Source: Takakia lepidozioides (Eukaryota > Plantae > Bryophyta). Taken from it: a stretch of DNA of 64,000 nt. Positions 13,982-26,526 of this stretch are shown here, one piece after another. Both the position numbers and the translations under genes were made by a program. The notes under the pieces were generated by a model. The model made no database searches and was not told where the DNA came from. It saw only the letters and a program-made list of their open reading frames with translations. The stretch covers positions 20,088,001 through 20,152,000 of the forward strand of contig CM060733.1 in the NCBI GenBank assembly GCA_030704615.1. The letters are read 5' to 3'. How positions within the stretch are numbered: the first letter of the stretch is position 1; every line of letters starts with the position of its first letter.

Positions 13982-14744
13982 TGCCCAGCCTGTTTCAGTG
14001 GTAGAACATGGCTGTTCGCTTAGGTTTTGTTTTAATTTTAAATGTTTTAATTGGTCTTTGGGTTGAATTCCCATGTGTCGTTTCAATTAGGGTTACCGTT
14101 CTGGGTTTGTGGCTTCCGTTTCTGCTTTGGGGTTTGAGGTTTGGGGTTTGGGGTTTATCCTTGCGGGCATGGGTTTTCGGTATACAGTCCCAATTTTTGG
14201 TGAGCATAACACCAAAAATGATTATGTGAGCAAATTTTAGAAAATTTAGACACAATATTTTTATATGCTCACAATAATATTAACACTACACCTTAATTTG
14301 TTGTTGTTTTCATCCAAGGTCAATGGAAGGTGGGGGATAAAGTATACATATGGATAGTAATTTTTATATTTATTTTGGGTTGAAGTTTGGATCGGAATTA
14401 GGTTCGGCATCATGTGGTTCTTTGGCGAACCACACATTTTAAGTGGATTTGTTGGGTTATAAAATTGCAGATACTGCACAAAAATTTAGGCATCATTCTT
14501 TTAGTTGAAGTGGTTGCGGTTCGCTGAAGAACTACATTATTTCGATTAATGTTTAACGATTATGGGATAAACAATGTATCTATATACAAATTAAGATGAA
14601 GCAAATGAATTTCTATTTGTTGGTATAACAAAATAGAACCAAGAAAATCATTTAACTTTTTGATACCTTAGCCAAATCCAACAAAATGACAAAACCAAAT
14701 CAAAATATGTGAGGCGAAACATGGAAATTTTGTCTGATGAATTC

Positions 14745-16015
14745 TACTCACTAGCAGAATCCTCTATAGCTTCTAAATCCAAATAGCGCACCGCCTTTGG
14801 AAAAATGTGTCAAGCGTTCTTTTCCACCTTCCATTCCCTAACATTCTCCCACCTTTGTTCTTCTATATCATTATGCATATGAGCAACATATGTAGAGAGA
14901 TGATATCCTACATTTGGACTAGGAGTTAGCGTGGCCATCAAGGTGGCGATGACACCTCTTCTAGGAAGCGTAGTCATGCATTCACAAAATACATTGACTT
15001 AATTAAATACATAAAACTAATAAATCATTTGCATCAATATGGAATGAAAAAAAAAAGAGGTGTAATGGTATAGAGACTTACCCACTCCGAAAACTCAAGG
15101 ATATCATCCTGCCCATTGAATTGGTCCTTGACATCGTCAACCACTATGGTGCTAGTATCTGCACCCACCCCAAATGCTTTCATCTCGAGGCCCTTGAGAC
15201 GACTTGTGATAAGTGTTGAATCAGCCTCAAGGGCCAATAAGTTCCGACCAGAGGCAACAACGGCCAACATAGAGGCACCTGCATTTTTCAAATCGAGTCT
15301 TAAGTATATCACAAAATAAGCATGTCAATTACAAAGTATGCAAAATACTTGATTTAATATGATAACACACGTCCGAAAAAATCTAAAGCAATCAATGAAA
15401 ATGAGTATGTTTGCCTACCAGTGGATCCTGTAAAATCCACAATTCGACCACCCTCCTTGGTGCAAGTCTCAATAAGACACTGCATAAATAAAGGACTGTT
15501 CTCCTTCGAATCTCTCCAATGAACAGGAGTGGTAGGATTGGAAGAATACAAAGACTTTAACATGATTATGAAGAAAGTCCAAGTCCGCTGGGTCCAATCC
15601 ATCTTCAACCATTCGACCCCGAGGTGAGAATTCAAATGCACTATTCTCTTTGACAAGACAAAAAGCATAGAATGCAAGAGTATGCAAAACAAAATAAGAT
15701 ACATGGAATTAATCAACAATGGATGAATTGTGGATTGATTGATCATAATCAATTGACCAATTGACCAATTGATCATAATCATAGCATGCCCAATGGCACA
15801 TGGAACCCCACTCCGATCCATTGGTACTACATTCCATGAAGGCACACTACAACCCACTCCAAATACAAGGCACCCATCAGGAATGTCTGCAATGACCATG
15901 TCACAACAATAACCAACATTCTTCCATTGTAGAATATTTGACCAACCATTTGACATCTTGGTAAGAAAATTCTCAATAACCGAGAGTGAGCTTGGTCACC
16001 CTTTCACCTTTGTCT
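14745..16015 (-). pseudogene. Degraded C-terminal part of the ParB-methyltransferase cargo gene (beta-class MTase fold)
   Basis: CDMVIADIPDG, WRDSKENSPLFMQCLIETCTKEGGRIVDFTGSTG, GASMLAVVASGRNLLALEAD and RYLDLEAIEDS are collinear with the exons at 38487-39891. Contains stops and an internal deletion. Confidence 0.8.
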
Positions 16016-16043
16016 GATGCATTGTTTGTTTATCGTTGATAAG

Positions 16044-16845
16044 TTACACATAATCAATGTGTGGACACTCAACAAAAAAAATACATGCATTTTCTGCCAA
16101 AGGAGTTACTTCATACTTGGATCCACTGACTTTGACCAGTGGAGGTCTTCTATCATGCTCTCTTCTTACCACATCCTTTGCTTTGATGAGAAATGGCTTC
16201 GTCTGCCATTCATACCGTTTCCTAGCCTTGACAATGTTGTACTTTGCGAGCTCCAACAAACGTTCGCGTTCTTCCAGCACCGCTGCTGCTGCCGGTTCCT
16301 CGACGTCTTGGGCGGCCCAACTCGTCGGCACCAGAGGTGCTTTTCCATAGACCAATACAAAAGGAGAAACTCTCGTTGTGGAGTGGTTTGTGTTATTATA
16401 ACAGAATTTTGCCGCATCCAAGTGCTACACCCAGTCTGACTGGTCTGCCGACACATAATTCCACAAGATCTGTTTCACCACGGAATTCAGTCTTTCCGTT
16501 TGGGCGTCCGTTGTAGGTCGGAAAGCGGTGCTTAACTTGAGCCTCGTCCCCATTTTCTTCCAAAGTGCCCTCCAAAATTTACTTGTAAATTTGAAAACAT
16601 GGGCGAAGTAAAGTCGCCTCGTCTTATGCGTCGTTGCCGTCTCCTTGGTGAGGATGAAATGACCCATTTTACTAAACCTATCCACCACCACCATGGTTGC
16701 ATCGAATCCTTTTGATAGCGGCAAAGCAGTCATTAAATCCATCGAGACACTTTCCCAAGACCTCTCTGGAATCGGCAAGGGTTGCAACAGCCCCACTTGC
16801 TTTTTGTACTCGCTCCGGTTTTGTTGGCATGTGGTGCATGTCTTA
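16044..16845 (-). mobile_element. Ty3/Gypsy integrase fragment
   Basis: TCTTCQQNR zinc finger, GLLQPLPIPERSWESVSMD, VVVDRFSKMGHF and STAFRPTTDAQTERLN. Internally deleted and frameshifted. Confidence 0.9.
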
Positions 16846-17265
16846 AGAACTTGAAGATTGCCCAATGTTTTTTTGATTTAAAGAAAATATAGACGAAGCC
16901 AAAGACTTTGGACGATAAGCAAACGCTTGATCATGGGTCCGGAGAAACTGTTTCGCCATCTCTGCATTCGACGCTACAACAATATCACTAGATCCAAGGC
17001 GCAAGTACATCAGAGGCCCATATTTCTCGGCCAAGCGTGCCAATGCCTGGTGCGGAAGTTCACCCAACATGGGTAGGTTTCCCAAGACAGGCCATGGGCG
17101 TGGCCCTGGAGGCAAGCGAGTAGGTTTTCTTAAGAAGAGGTAACCGTACACTACAATGGTGACAATGATGCCTATCGATAGACGTAGCCCAAATTGTTCC
17201 TCAGCCCACCGAGCGATTTCTTGCAGCACCCCTGGTGTTTTCATATTTTCGACTACCCCACTCAA
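16845..17265 (-). pseudogene. Truncated paralogue of P450 exon 1, fused to the Gypsy fragment
   Basis: Near-identical to the first ~125 aa of the 1330-3285 P450 (LRKPTRLPPGPRPWPV...YRPKSLAS). Similarity ends abruptly at ~16845. Confidence 0.9.
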
Positions 17266-18916
17266 ATTCGTCGGAGATCCAAGTTTGCTTGCAGATGCTG
17301 GCTTTATTCCTTGAACTGCGTTATGCCGATCCAGAAAGTAAGAACACCCTTCCTGGGGGCTTAGCTACCTTCCACTCCGACCTCAATATCCTTCTGTCTG
17401 CCCTTCTGCCTCACATTTATACACAGACCCCGCCATTCGAAGCAACACACGAAAATTTCTCGGATGCGACTCTCTAGAGGGCGTGCGGTGTGAGGGGAGT
17501 AGCCCGATCCTACGACTCAAATACCAAGATTGCAAACTTCCTTGTGATATAGGGACTAGGGACCAGGAATTTTTTGTGCACGGCTGATGTACATGGCTCC
17601 GGGGCTAATTGACGGCCACGATTAGATGAGATAAGAAAGATCCTTTCCCGAACAGAAACGAAATTGGAGGTTGTAAGTTGTAAGTCCGGGCCCGAGATGG
17701 GTTACAGGAAATCCTGCTCTAGATTTTTTTGTATTTTTCCGGGCATTTTTGACGCAGACTTCCCCAGCATTGGTTCCACCGGGCGCGACTTGATTCCAAG
17801 TTCTGGAAATCGATAGGGAGAGATACTTAGTGGAACACATTCCTCTCCCTTCCATATTATCATCTAGGGTTGATGTCAGTGAGCCAGCTAAGGCTAGGGT
17901 TTTGATGTCAGTAGAGGTGGACCGTGGAGCCACATGAGCAGATTTTAATACACCGAAAGCGGCCTCGAAGCAACACACGAAGTTTCCAAAAGATCGCGCT
18001 CGACCTGTTGCTCGACATGCAACATGCAACGATTTAACACGAGCTCAACACTCCAAGGCAAACAGGACTTGCCATTATTGCCGTGGCAACCAGCCTGCTG
18101 ATCTTGGGTTCAATGCCTTGTATTCCCATATCATTTCTCTACTGGTATCCTTATATGAGTATATATAGTAGGAGGGACAACAATCACAATTTATTTTACG
18201 TATGCCTGTCATTTCCGACGCTTCTTGTTAGAAGATATTAGGGTCTTTAAAGGCCCACGTATGGAGTAGGGGTCATGGAGGGTGGCAGGCTTCCGACCTG
18301 GCTCGCCTGGGTCCGCCGCAGGGGAGTCCACGGTGGTAGGGCTCATGGGAGGCAAGGGGGGCCCAAGACCAGCCTAAGATTAAGAGTGACATGACTCTTA
18401 CGAAGTTGTAGGTAGTGCAATGGCTAAGAGCTGAGAGAGCTTCCTAAGAGATCTGATGAAGAAGGGTTGGTGGTGGGCTTCACACTCTCGAGTCTTATTT
18501 ATGTGTGTGGGAGAGATAGAAACAGGCCGATGTCAGTTCTGACAAGTAATTTAAGGAATGCTATATACTTGGTTTTGCATCAAGCCCTTCGTAAAAGTTT
18601 TGTGCAGTAACTAGCTTCAAGCTGAACTTCTTTCAACATATTTACGACTTCAAGCTAGCTTCTCGCCTTTTCGGAAAATCTTGGTTCAATTTTGTCAAAA
18701 AGCAGGCTAGAGATTCGAAGCCTGGCGTGAGTTTGAGGTTGAGTCTATCGTCTCCTTCATGTCATTGGACGTTGTTAACATCGTCTTCTCTCTCTACCTG
18801 GGCTCCGTCTCTCATAATCAGGCCCCGACTGACAGTCAGCAGTCATTGTTTCTATATTGAACTTGTGGGCGTCCTGTTTGAGGACGCATGAACTGCATCC
18901 CATCACACTAACACTA

Positions 18917-21900
18917 ATGGCCAATACGTCGGCTCCGTATGACAAGTCCCGCCCACATGTAGTCATAGTCCCTAGCCCCGCCTCTGGACACTCTATTCCC
19001 AGCGTACAGTATGCCAAGCTGCTGTGCAAATCCGGAATTTCCACCACCTTCGTGAGCACAGACAGTCATATTGCAAAACTGATTCAGGAAACCCATGGAA
19101 CTGCAGACTCCACATATGACGTCCCAGACCTGCGATTTATGAGCCTGCAAGACGGCATAACAAGGGCCGCCCCTTCGAGTTCTTTGGAAGAAAAGAAGGC
19201 GGAGGAAGCAACACTGGCAAAGCTCCTGGAGGCTCTGATAGTGAATATGATGGAAACCACCACAGCGAGCGGCAAGATAAATCAGCGATCACCAGGTGGC
19301 AAGCCTTGCTGCATTCTGTCAGATATGTTCGTTTTGGGTTGGACTTCACAGGTAGCCGAAAAGCTCGACATTGAAAGTCATGTCCTATTGACCTCGGGAG
19401 CGACATTTTTATCATTTGCGTTCCAGGTGTGCATTTGCTTCTAGCTCTCCTGAAATCTAACAATCTCGACTAAATTATACAAATGGGGAGTAGACATCTG
19501 CTCTCGAGAGCTGAACGAAAACTTTGACAGACGTGGTGCCAAAAGGGAGGAGTCCTTAAAATGATGAAGTAATGGTGCTTTACCCGTCCATGGCAACGTG
19601 GTATGACCGGTTCAATACTAGCAACCTGAAGTTCGAAATGGAGAACGAAACTTAGCGGGACAGGGGCAAATCCTAGTCAAATTTCTAGAGACTTGACATT
19701 TTCTTGCGAAGGGAATTGCTAACGAGGAGGGAGAGAGAAGAAACAGACCAACAAATCTCTCGTTTTGTCCCTGGGTAGAGCAAACAGCTTACGGTGCAAA
19801 GAGAGAGATCTCGAGAGAGGGAGGAACTCTGCCTAGTACTGTCGGCATGCCATAATATTGTAAAGATGGCATCGTCCGTAGCTATTAGGAACTCTCTAGA
19901 CAGGCTCGTCATGGGCAGTGTATGAGTATATATGGATGTTTATCATGCAGAATATAGCGTTTTCCTTTTCAGTAAATGACATAAGTGCAAATGTGATGGC
20001 AGCTCAGAAGGCTCGTAGATGAAGGCCTATTGCCTCCCAGCAATCAGTCCACGCCCATTTACATTCCTGGCCTGCCACCACTGAGCCCATCGGATGTTCC
20101 GAGGGGTTTGGATACAGGGAACGATGACCCCTTGTTCATCTATATTCTTCGCCATTTTTTCCCTCTCACACAGGTTTCAGTGTTGCTAATCAACACTTTT
20201 CATGAGCTCGAAGGTAGGGTGTTTCATGCCCTGCAGACCCAAGTCATTGGCACACCGAGTGTGAAGGTCAGACACTTTCCTTGGTTGTGGATTTTGGCTT
20301 GTCAAGTTTGTTGCTTGCACATGATTGTGATTGCATTCAGAAACATTGCCACATTGGCCAATCAGGTTTAGCTGCACTGCGCAGTGGCATCACCATGGAT
20401 TACATTTTGGTCCCAAGGTCAACTCTTTAAAAGAAACAAGACTCTTTGAAACAAGGGCAATGATATAACCCCTCCCTTATTCACAAGTCCTGATCATGAG
20501 TGCATTTGAAGCCGCCCTTGCGAGCTGGATTGATTTATGGTTGAGGTCATTGGTGGCCGGTTTCAGAGGCATCAAATATTCCCAAACTCCCTGGATACAC
20601 GAGACCAACTACCAGTGAGGGTGTCGATCTGCCGGGCAGCAGGCTCTCTGATGCAGGGGTGTCTCTCCAAAAGAGATTTGCCAGGAGTTCTTGATACCCT
20701 CTCAGTAAACTTGAGTTGACATTGTTAGGACTGCCTAGAGATGACTGAATATCACCACTTCCAAGAAGTTCAAGAGCAACACCATAATGTGTTAGTTAAG
20801 AACAATAACATTTCATAATGTTCGGTTGTCACAGTGCTTGGTACATGTGGAACAAAAGGTTCACGTTCTTCTCATGTTGGATGCTCCAGCCTGGGGGACA
20901 GGCTGCTTTGTTTATTAGTTCTGAGTTTCAGGTGCCATGTGCAGGCTCGATCTGTTTTGCCCATTGGTCCGTTGCTTCTGACAGAAGGCAAAGCCTTCCA
21001 AAGCCACAAAAAGCTCGATCTGGACATTGTACAAGGAGAAGAAACTCGGAGTGACCCATGTTTGCTATGGTTAAACACACAGGTTCCTTCTTCAGTTGTG
21101 TACATTTCATTTGGAAGTGAGCCAGGACGATTGACACGACCACAAATCCTTGAGCTGGCACAGGGGCTTGAGGCTAGCGAGCAACCTTTCTTGTGGATCC
21201 TACGGCCCCCCAATACAGCTCCCCCCTCGGCTTCAGAGTTGCCGCCATCGGTCTCTGAATTGCTCCCTCCAGGTCAGAATGGGCCGTAATCCTGGACAAT
21301 GATTTAGGATGTTACATCTGACAAACTTATCAGTCACAAACAGGGACAGAACTTTCACATGTTAGCATATCATAGAAGCTTCAAGTACTGGTTATAGTAT
21401 GAAGGAATGCTCCCATTGATGTACCAAGTGGGACAATCCCTTGGTCATTGTATACACATTGACAGTGCTCGTCTTGGGGAAGGATGACAATAGTTCCTGC
21501 TGCTTTTGAGGATGCCAGTAATGACTAGTTTAGTCTGCATCGGTGACTATCAAACCATGAAGTGAAAGCGTTGGTTTGATTGATATAATAGTCTACTGGT
21601 GCATGGAGGTTAGATAGCCAGGATTTATGTGGCAGGTGTTTCTTAGTAGGACATGGATTAGCTCATGAGGGATTGGCCTGCACTCCAGGTTTTGAGGAGC
21701 GTGTGAAGGACCATGGTTTAATTTACTCTGGTTGGGCACCCCAGCAGCAAATTCTTAGCCACCCAGCCGTTGGTGGCTTCCTTACACACTGTGGCTGGAA
21801 TTCTACACTGGAAAGTATCTGTGCAGGTGTCCCACTGCTCACGTGGCCACTGGCGGCAGAGCAGCATATGAATGCCAGGTTAGATTCATGTGCCTCGTGG

Positions 21901-22993
21901 CCAAAGCTTCAAAACTTCTGGTTTGTTTCAGTAACCTAGAATGAGGAATGCACATCACCTTCCACTCTGACTAGACAGAGAAATTAAGAGAAATCTAGTG
22001 CATCCAAGGGACAGCCAGAGGGCCTGTGGGATAAAGTAGAACATTTGGATCCTATGGCTGAACGCCTCCGAGAGAGAGTGGAGAGAGGTGGCTGGGTAGG
22101 TCAACTGTGGAACTTGTAGAGGATAAAAGAAGAAGAAAGAAAGAAATGTTTGTTATAATGCTTCCCCTACCACTTGTAGCCTTCCGTGTTGAAAACAGGT
22201 AATCCAGAATTCCCCAACATTGTGTGGATCAAGAGTCAAAACTTGACCTCCCTAAGATTTTGGTCAACCCAAGGAAAGCAAGGGTTTGAACTTGTGGGTG
22301 TCCCTGTTGTTGACATGGTCTGAATTGAAAGCATGGTTGGTTATCTTGGCCTTTGTTATGTACTAACAAATTTCTACAAGTATACTGTAGTGTTATTATT
22401 GATAGCTTATTCTGAACTCAAATTGGTTAGGGTGAGCAGAAATCAACACCAGATTTAGGTTTTCTTCCCTACAGAAAATAAGGGAGGGATAGAGTCATGC
22501 CACAGTCATGCCCACTTACTGCTGGGCTAATGTAGGTGGGATGTGTTGTACATGAGTGGGGAATGAACCTTGGCTGGAGTGTTTGTTATTTAACTAACTT
22601 TTACCAACTACTCATGTCATCAGAGTTAATGCTATTTCCCATAGGGGAGAATTAACGGTGTGAAGAGAGTAGACCTTTGTCAATTATGAATCCCAGCGTT
22701 GCATTGAAAGTACGTTTTGACTGGTTTGATGATACACTTTCCTGTGCTACAGATTTCTTGTGGATACAGCCAAACTGGGAATGGAGATGCAACAGGGAGA
22801 GAGTGGATTGTATGAGAAGGCAGAAATTGAGAGGGCAGTGAGGGTTCTGATGAGAGAGGATGAAGGACTGGTCATCAGAAGCAGGATGAAAGCTATGGGA
22901 GACGCGGCATGGACAGCCTTTGCTGATGGAGGATCTTCCAACAGGAATTTAAAGGCATATGTGAATGAACTCAAGTCGAACATCCCCATCTGA
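18917..22993 (+). CDS. Family-1 UDP-glycosyltransferase, copy A; exons 18917-19426, 20003-20266, 20945-21272, 21689-21878, 22753-22993; 510 aa
   Basis: N-terminal [16 protein letters not shown] (catalytic His), [17 protein letters not shown], and a complete PSPG box [48 protein letters not shown] introns give an in-frame 1533 nt. Confidence 0.95.
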
Positions 22994-23151
22994 CATCTCT
23001 TCGCAAGCAAAGTAGTGTAAGGCATCAGCAGCCGCAATTGTTGAGATTAGGGAGAAGAGGAGGTGTTGCACTGGATATTGTCTGAGTTGATAGGCAGCCT
23101 TAGCGAGCGCTGGGTATTGACAGCTTGGGAGGCTGAACAATTGAGTAACAT

Positions 23152-23214
23152 GAGTGGTGTCCACGTAGTTTAGGTCAAATACGTAGTGTCAAATACACTA
23201 CGTGGACACCACTC
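23152..23214. repeat. Perfect 18-bp stem hairpin beside a 17-bp direct duplication
   Basis: GAGTGGTGTCCACGTAGT ... ACTACGTGGACACCACTC; AATTGAGTAACATGAGT occurs at 23139 and 23224. Confidence 0.7.
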
Positions 23215-26200
23215 AAGTATTGGAATTGAGTAACATGAGTTGGAAATTACTGGCCTCATAGAGAGCCAGCGAATCTGAGTAGCTTGTGAACGAGGAATCT
23301 AGAATGTGGTGACTGATTTATACTTGAGAGATAGCATGCGATAGAGTACTGAAGGTTGGGACGAGAGGCCCATTGTACAGAAATTATATTGGAATTGGAG
23401 TAAGGATGTGGTGTAGTGCCACAGAGAGATTAGTAAATTTGCATAAGATTTAGGAGGTGCATCGTACTCAGGTAGCTAGAAATGGAAGCCAACAAATATA
23501 ATGACCTGTAGCAGGGAAGTGTTGTGGTGCCAGTGAGACTATACGAGCATAAGTCAGCATTCCTTTGTGAGCTAACTTTAAAAGATGCAAGAGCAAGTGT
23601 ATCGGAGGTGGTAGGCTGTAGGTAAATGAGGAGAACAAATATAGACTTGGGGGTGTCGGATAATTGAGACGTAGACAGTATATTGCAGATGTAACATACA
23701 GTTGCAGAATGGAGGAAACCTTCCCTGAGACTAAGCATTATGTGAGTTGGCTGGAGTGGCCGCCGCAGGTCTGATTGACCGACTGGGAGCTCTGTGTGCA
23801 GTAGTTGGCAGGTATCAGTGTGTTGGGAAGTCGAGTCTTTATCCGATGCATGTCCATGGGGTTTTGAGTAATTGAGCCTACACGAGGTGGATACACCATA
23901 GGTAAGAATTTGGTAAGCGCACTTCACTTTCCCATCGATCATTGAAAGACAACATAGGAAAAAGCCAGTATGGTCTTGTTGCGAAATTGATAGAGAGAGA
24001 CAGACACAAATCAGAAGGATAGGAGGGTTCCCTGTAGATCATGGAGTAGTAGAAGATGTTATGGGCTGGCAGAATAGAAACAATTGTGAGAATCTCATCG
24101 CTGCAGCCCAAGTCCACGTCCCTTGGTGGTTTGTTTGGGTGGGTTGATGTAGGATAAGTTGCATGCGTGCTAGTATTTGTTGTCCGATGAGCTCCACATA
24201 CAGATGCAGACATGGACGTCAGTCTGGCAAGGAACCTGAGATCCAGCTTAGCAGCCCCAGTACTCCCACCAAACAATTCCATCAAGTTAGGATCTGAAGC
24301 ATTAGTGTTCGGGGGCCAGTCTGTAAATGACATAGTGTAGGGGGGGGATTCTAAAATAGCTGCAATATATATAGGCGTTAAGAGAGGCATGTTGGTTGGA
24401 ACATCAACAGATACAATGTGTTGGAAGGGTGATACAGAGGTATTTTTGAGAGTTTGTCGATCATAAATGAACTTGTTAGGGGCTCACTTACAAAGAGCAA
24501 GCTGCTTGGAGGCGCGCGTGAAATTGTCCTCAAAGAAAACAATGGGCAGAAGATGAACCATACAAAGATTATTCAAGAGATTATCAGCAATGAGCACTAT
24601 GCCTGGTGAAGAGAGCACCTTGCAAGTGGCTATTGAGAAGTCATCCGCGGCACTGAACATAATGCATAGGAAGGGGTTGGCAGCAGTAGAGCTCATGTCT
24701 TGTAAATTTGTGGGGTGGGTAATGCTGAACAGAGGTTCCACTGAAGTGGCTTCCATGAGAAGAGGGGACGACAACTTACTTGTGTGAAGGGAGTGGCAAG
24801 AGGGGAGTAGTGCACTGTCTTTTGAACAGGTCAGGTTGAATTGTCACATTGCTGTTAGCGGGTGTAGCATACTTTCCCAGCTGCTTCTGAACAGGGTATT
24901 GCACACCAGATTCCAACGGGCTACTGACTTGACGAATTGCCTCCAAGCTCGCAGTTACAGAGTTACGTAGCTCAAAACAAAATTCATCAGGCTGGGTGCA
25001 TTGCCAAAAAGGCTCAACAACTAGCCCCTGTCCATTAATAAGTGGCAATGCGGCGCAAAACATAGGCCCTTGGGTAGTATATGTCTTAAAAGAACTCTGG
25101 GGACAGGTTTCGTTGCAAATTCCAGATATGAGAGCTCCCTTGGTGTACTCAAAATCTGCAGGTTCATACCTTTCCATTCCTGCACCTGCCTCCCGTCATT
25201 TTTTCTAGAACTTTCCCCTATTTCTACGCAGGGACCTACACCTGCCCTCATTACTCCCTAACTTGCACACTTTATCTTCAGCATTCACTTCCATCCATTG
25301 TCATCCATGAAAGTTAGATCGTGGTTAAAAACTGACACGACCCGATTCTGCCCGTCGTCTTCAAGGGGCCAATAAATTAGCAAGCCACAAACCGAGTCTC
25401 TGTCCATTGAAGAAACAATTTTGACAAGCTGACACGTTGTTATACTTAAGACCTTTTTTAGACCAATCATACTCTTGACACGGTGTAAGGTCCGTTGACT
25501 ACAGATTCTCCAAAGTCTCTGCCCTGAAGGGACAGAGCCAAATAACACAAGGGGACTAAGTTACTGCCTACCGTTGGAACGGTGGACATCTAGGTTACAT
25601 ACTTTGGAACGATCCCTGAGATCGCCCGGGATCGTCCCGGGCGTTAAGGGCGAGTTGATGTAGATCTGGCCCTTCATTCTTGAAACGTGGCGATATCCGT
25701 AAGAGGTAAAGCCCTCGCCCCGGGCGGAGCACGAGGGCAGGGGTCGGAAATCCAGGAAAGTCCAAGGGCGAGGGCTTTAGCTTTCGTAAAAAACGAAGCT
25801 GCCCGTTTTCGAGTCTCCTATCCGTTGCCACTAGGGTTTCATTGTCACGTCATTGTAGCTCGCTGCCCAAGTTTGAAAATCGTCTGCCCACTATTAAGAA
25901 TAATAGATCCATAAAATATGCCAGCCTGTCAGGGGACAGATTCCATAATCTGGGGTTACAGCCCCCGTCCCGGGGCAAAAACTGTAATCTCGTGCGAGGG
26001 AAAATTCCTGTCAGGGAAGCCCTACTTTTAACAAAGCCAAAAAATCTGAAGGTTTTTACGGAGTAGGGGGTGCATAACATGCAGTAGGGAGCGCGTAATA
26101 TGGACCAGGCAGGCGTGGAAGCGTGGGTAGGAGGGATTCTGCGATTTATGCTTGCAGCTGTGTATGAAGTACCGTACTTTGCATCAACTGACTACGCATA

Positions 26201-26526
26201 GGAAACACTCAACCATGGGCCCCTGCTCGAGTACGAAACCAATCAATAGTCTGACACCGAGAGGGAGCACAGGAAAGCGGAACCTGAGGACAAGCAGCTT
26301 GGGCAGGACCGGAGCCCACCAGGAGAGAAGCTTCATGGAGTCCAGTGACACAGTCTGCTTACGGCCGTTTCGCATCTATCGTGGCAACACCCACTTTACG
26401 CAGGGCAATGAAAAAGTTGCAAGGGCTGACGGGGATACGGGCTCATCAATTCCGATGCCTGGCCCCGAATTGGGGAATTTTCATAAGAAAGAAAGAAAGG
26501 ACTTTATGACTGCCGCTGATATGTAA

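Larger units (their letters stand above)
12887..16015. mobile_element. Truncated Mutator-like element of the same family as 38035-49066 (left terminus, palindrome array, methyltransferase remnant)
   Basis: Terminus GGGGCGTGCT plus GTGAGC/GCTCAC repeats matches GGGGAATGCT plus GTGAGC repeats at 38035. It interrupts the LINE RT frame and encodes fragments homologous to the cargo gene at 38487-40100. Confidence 0.8.
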
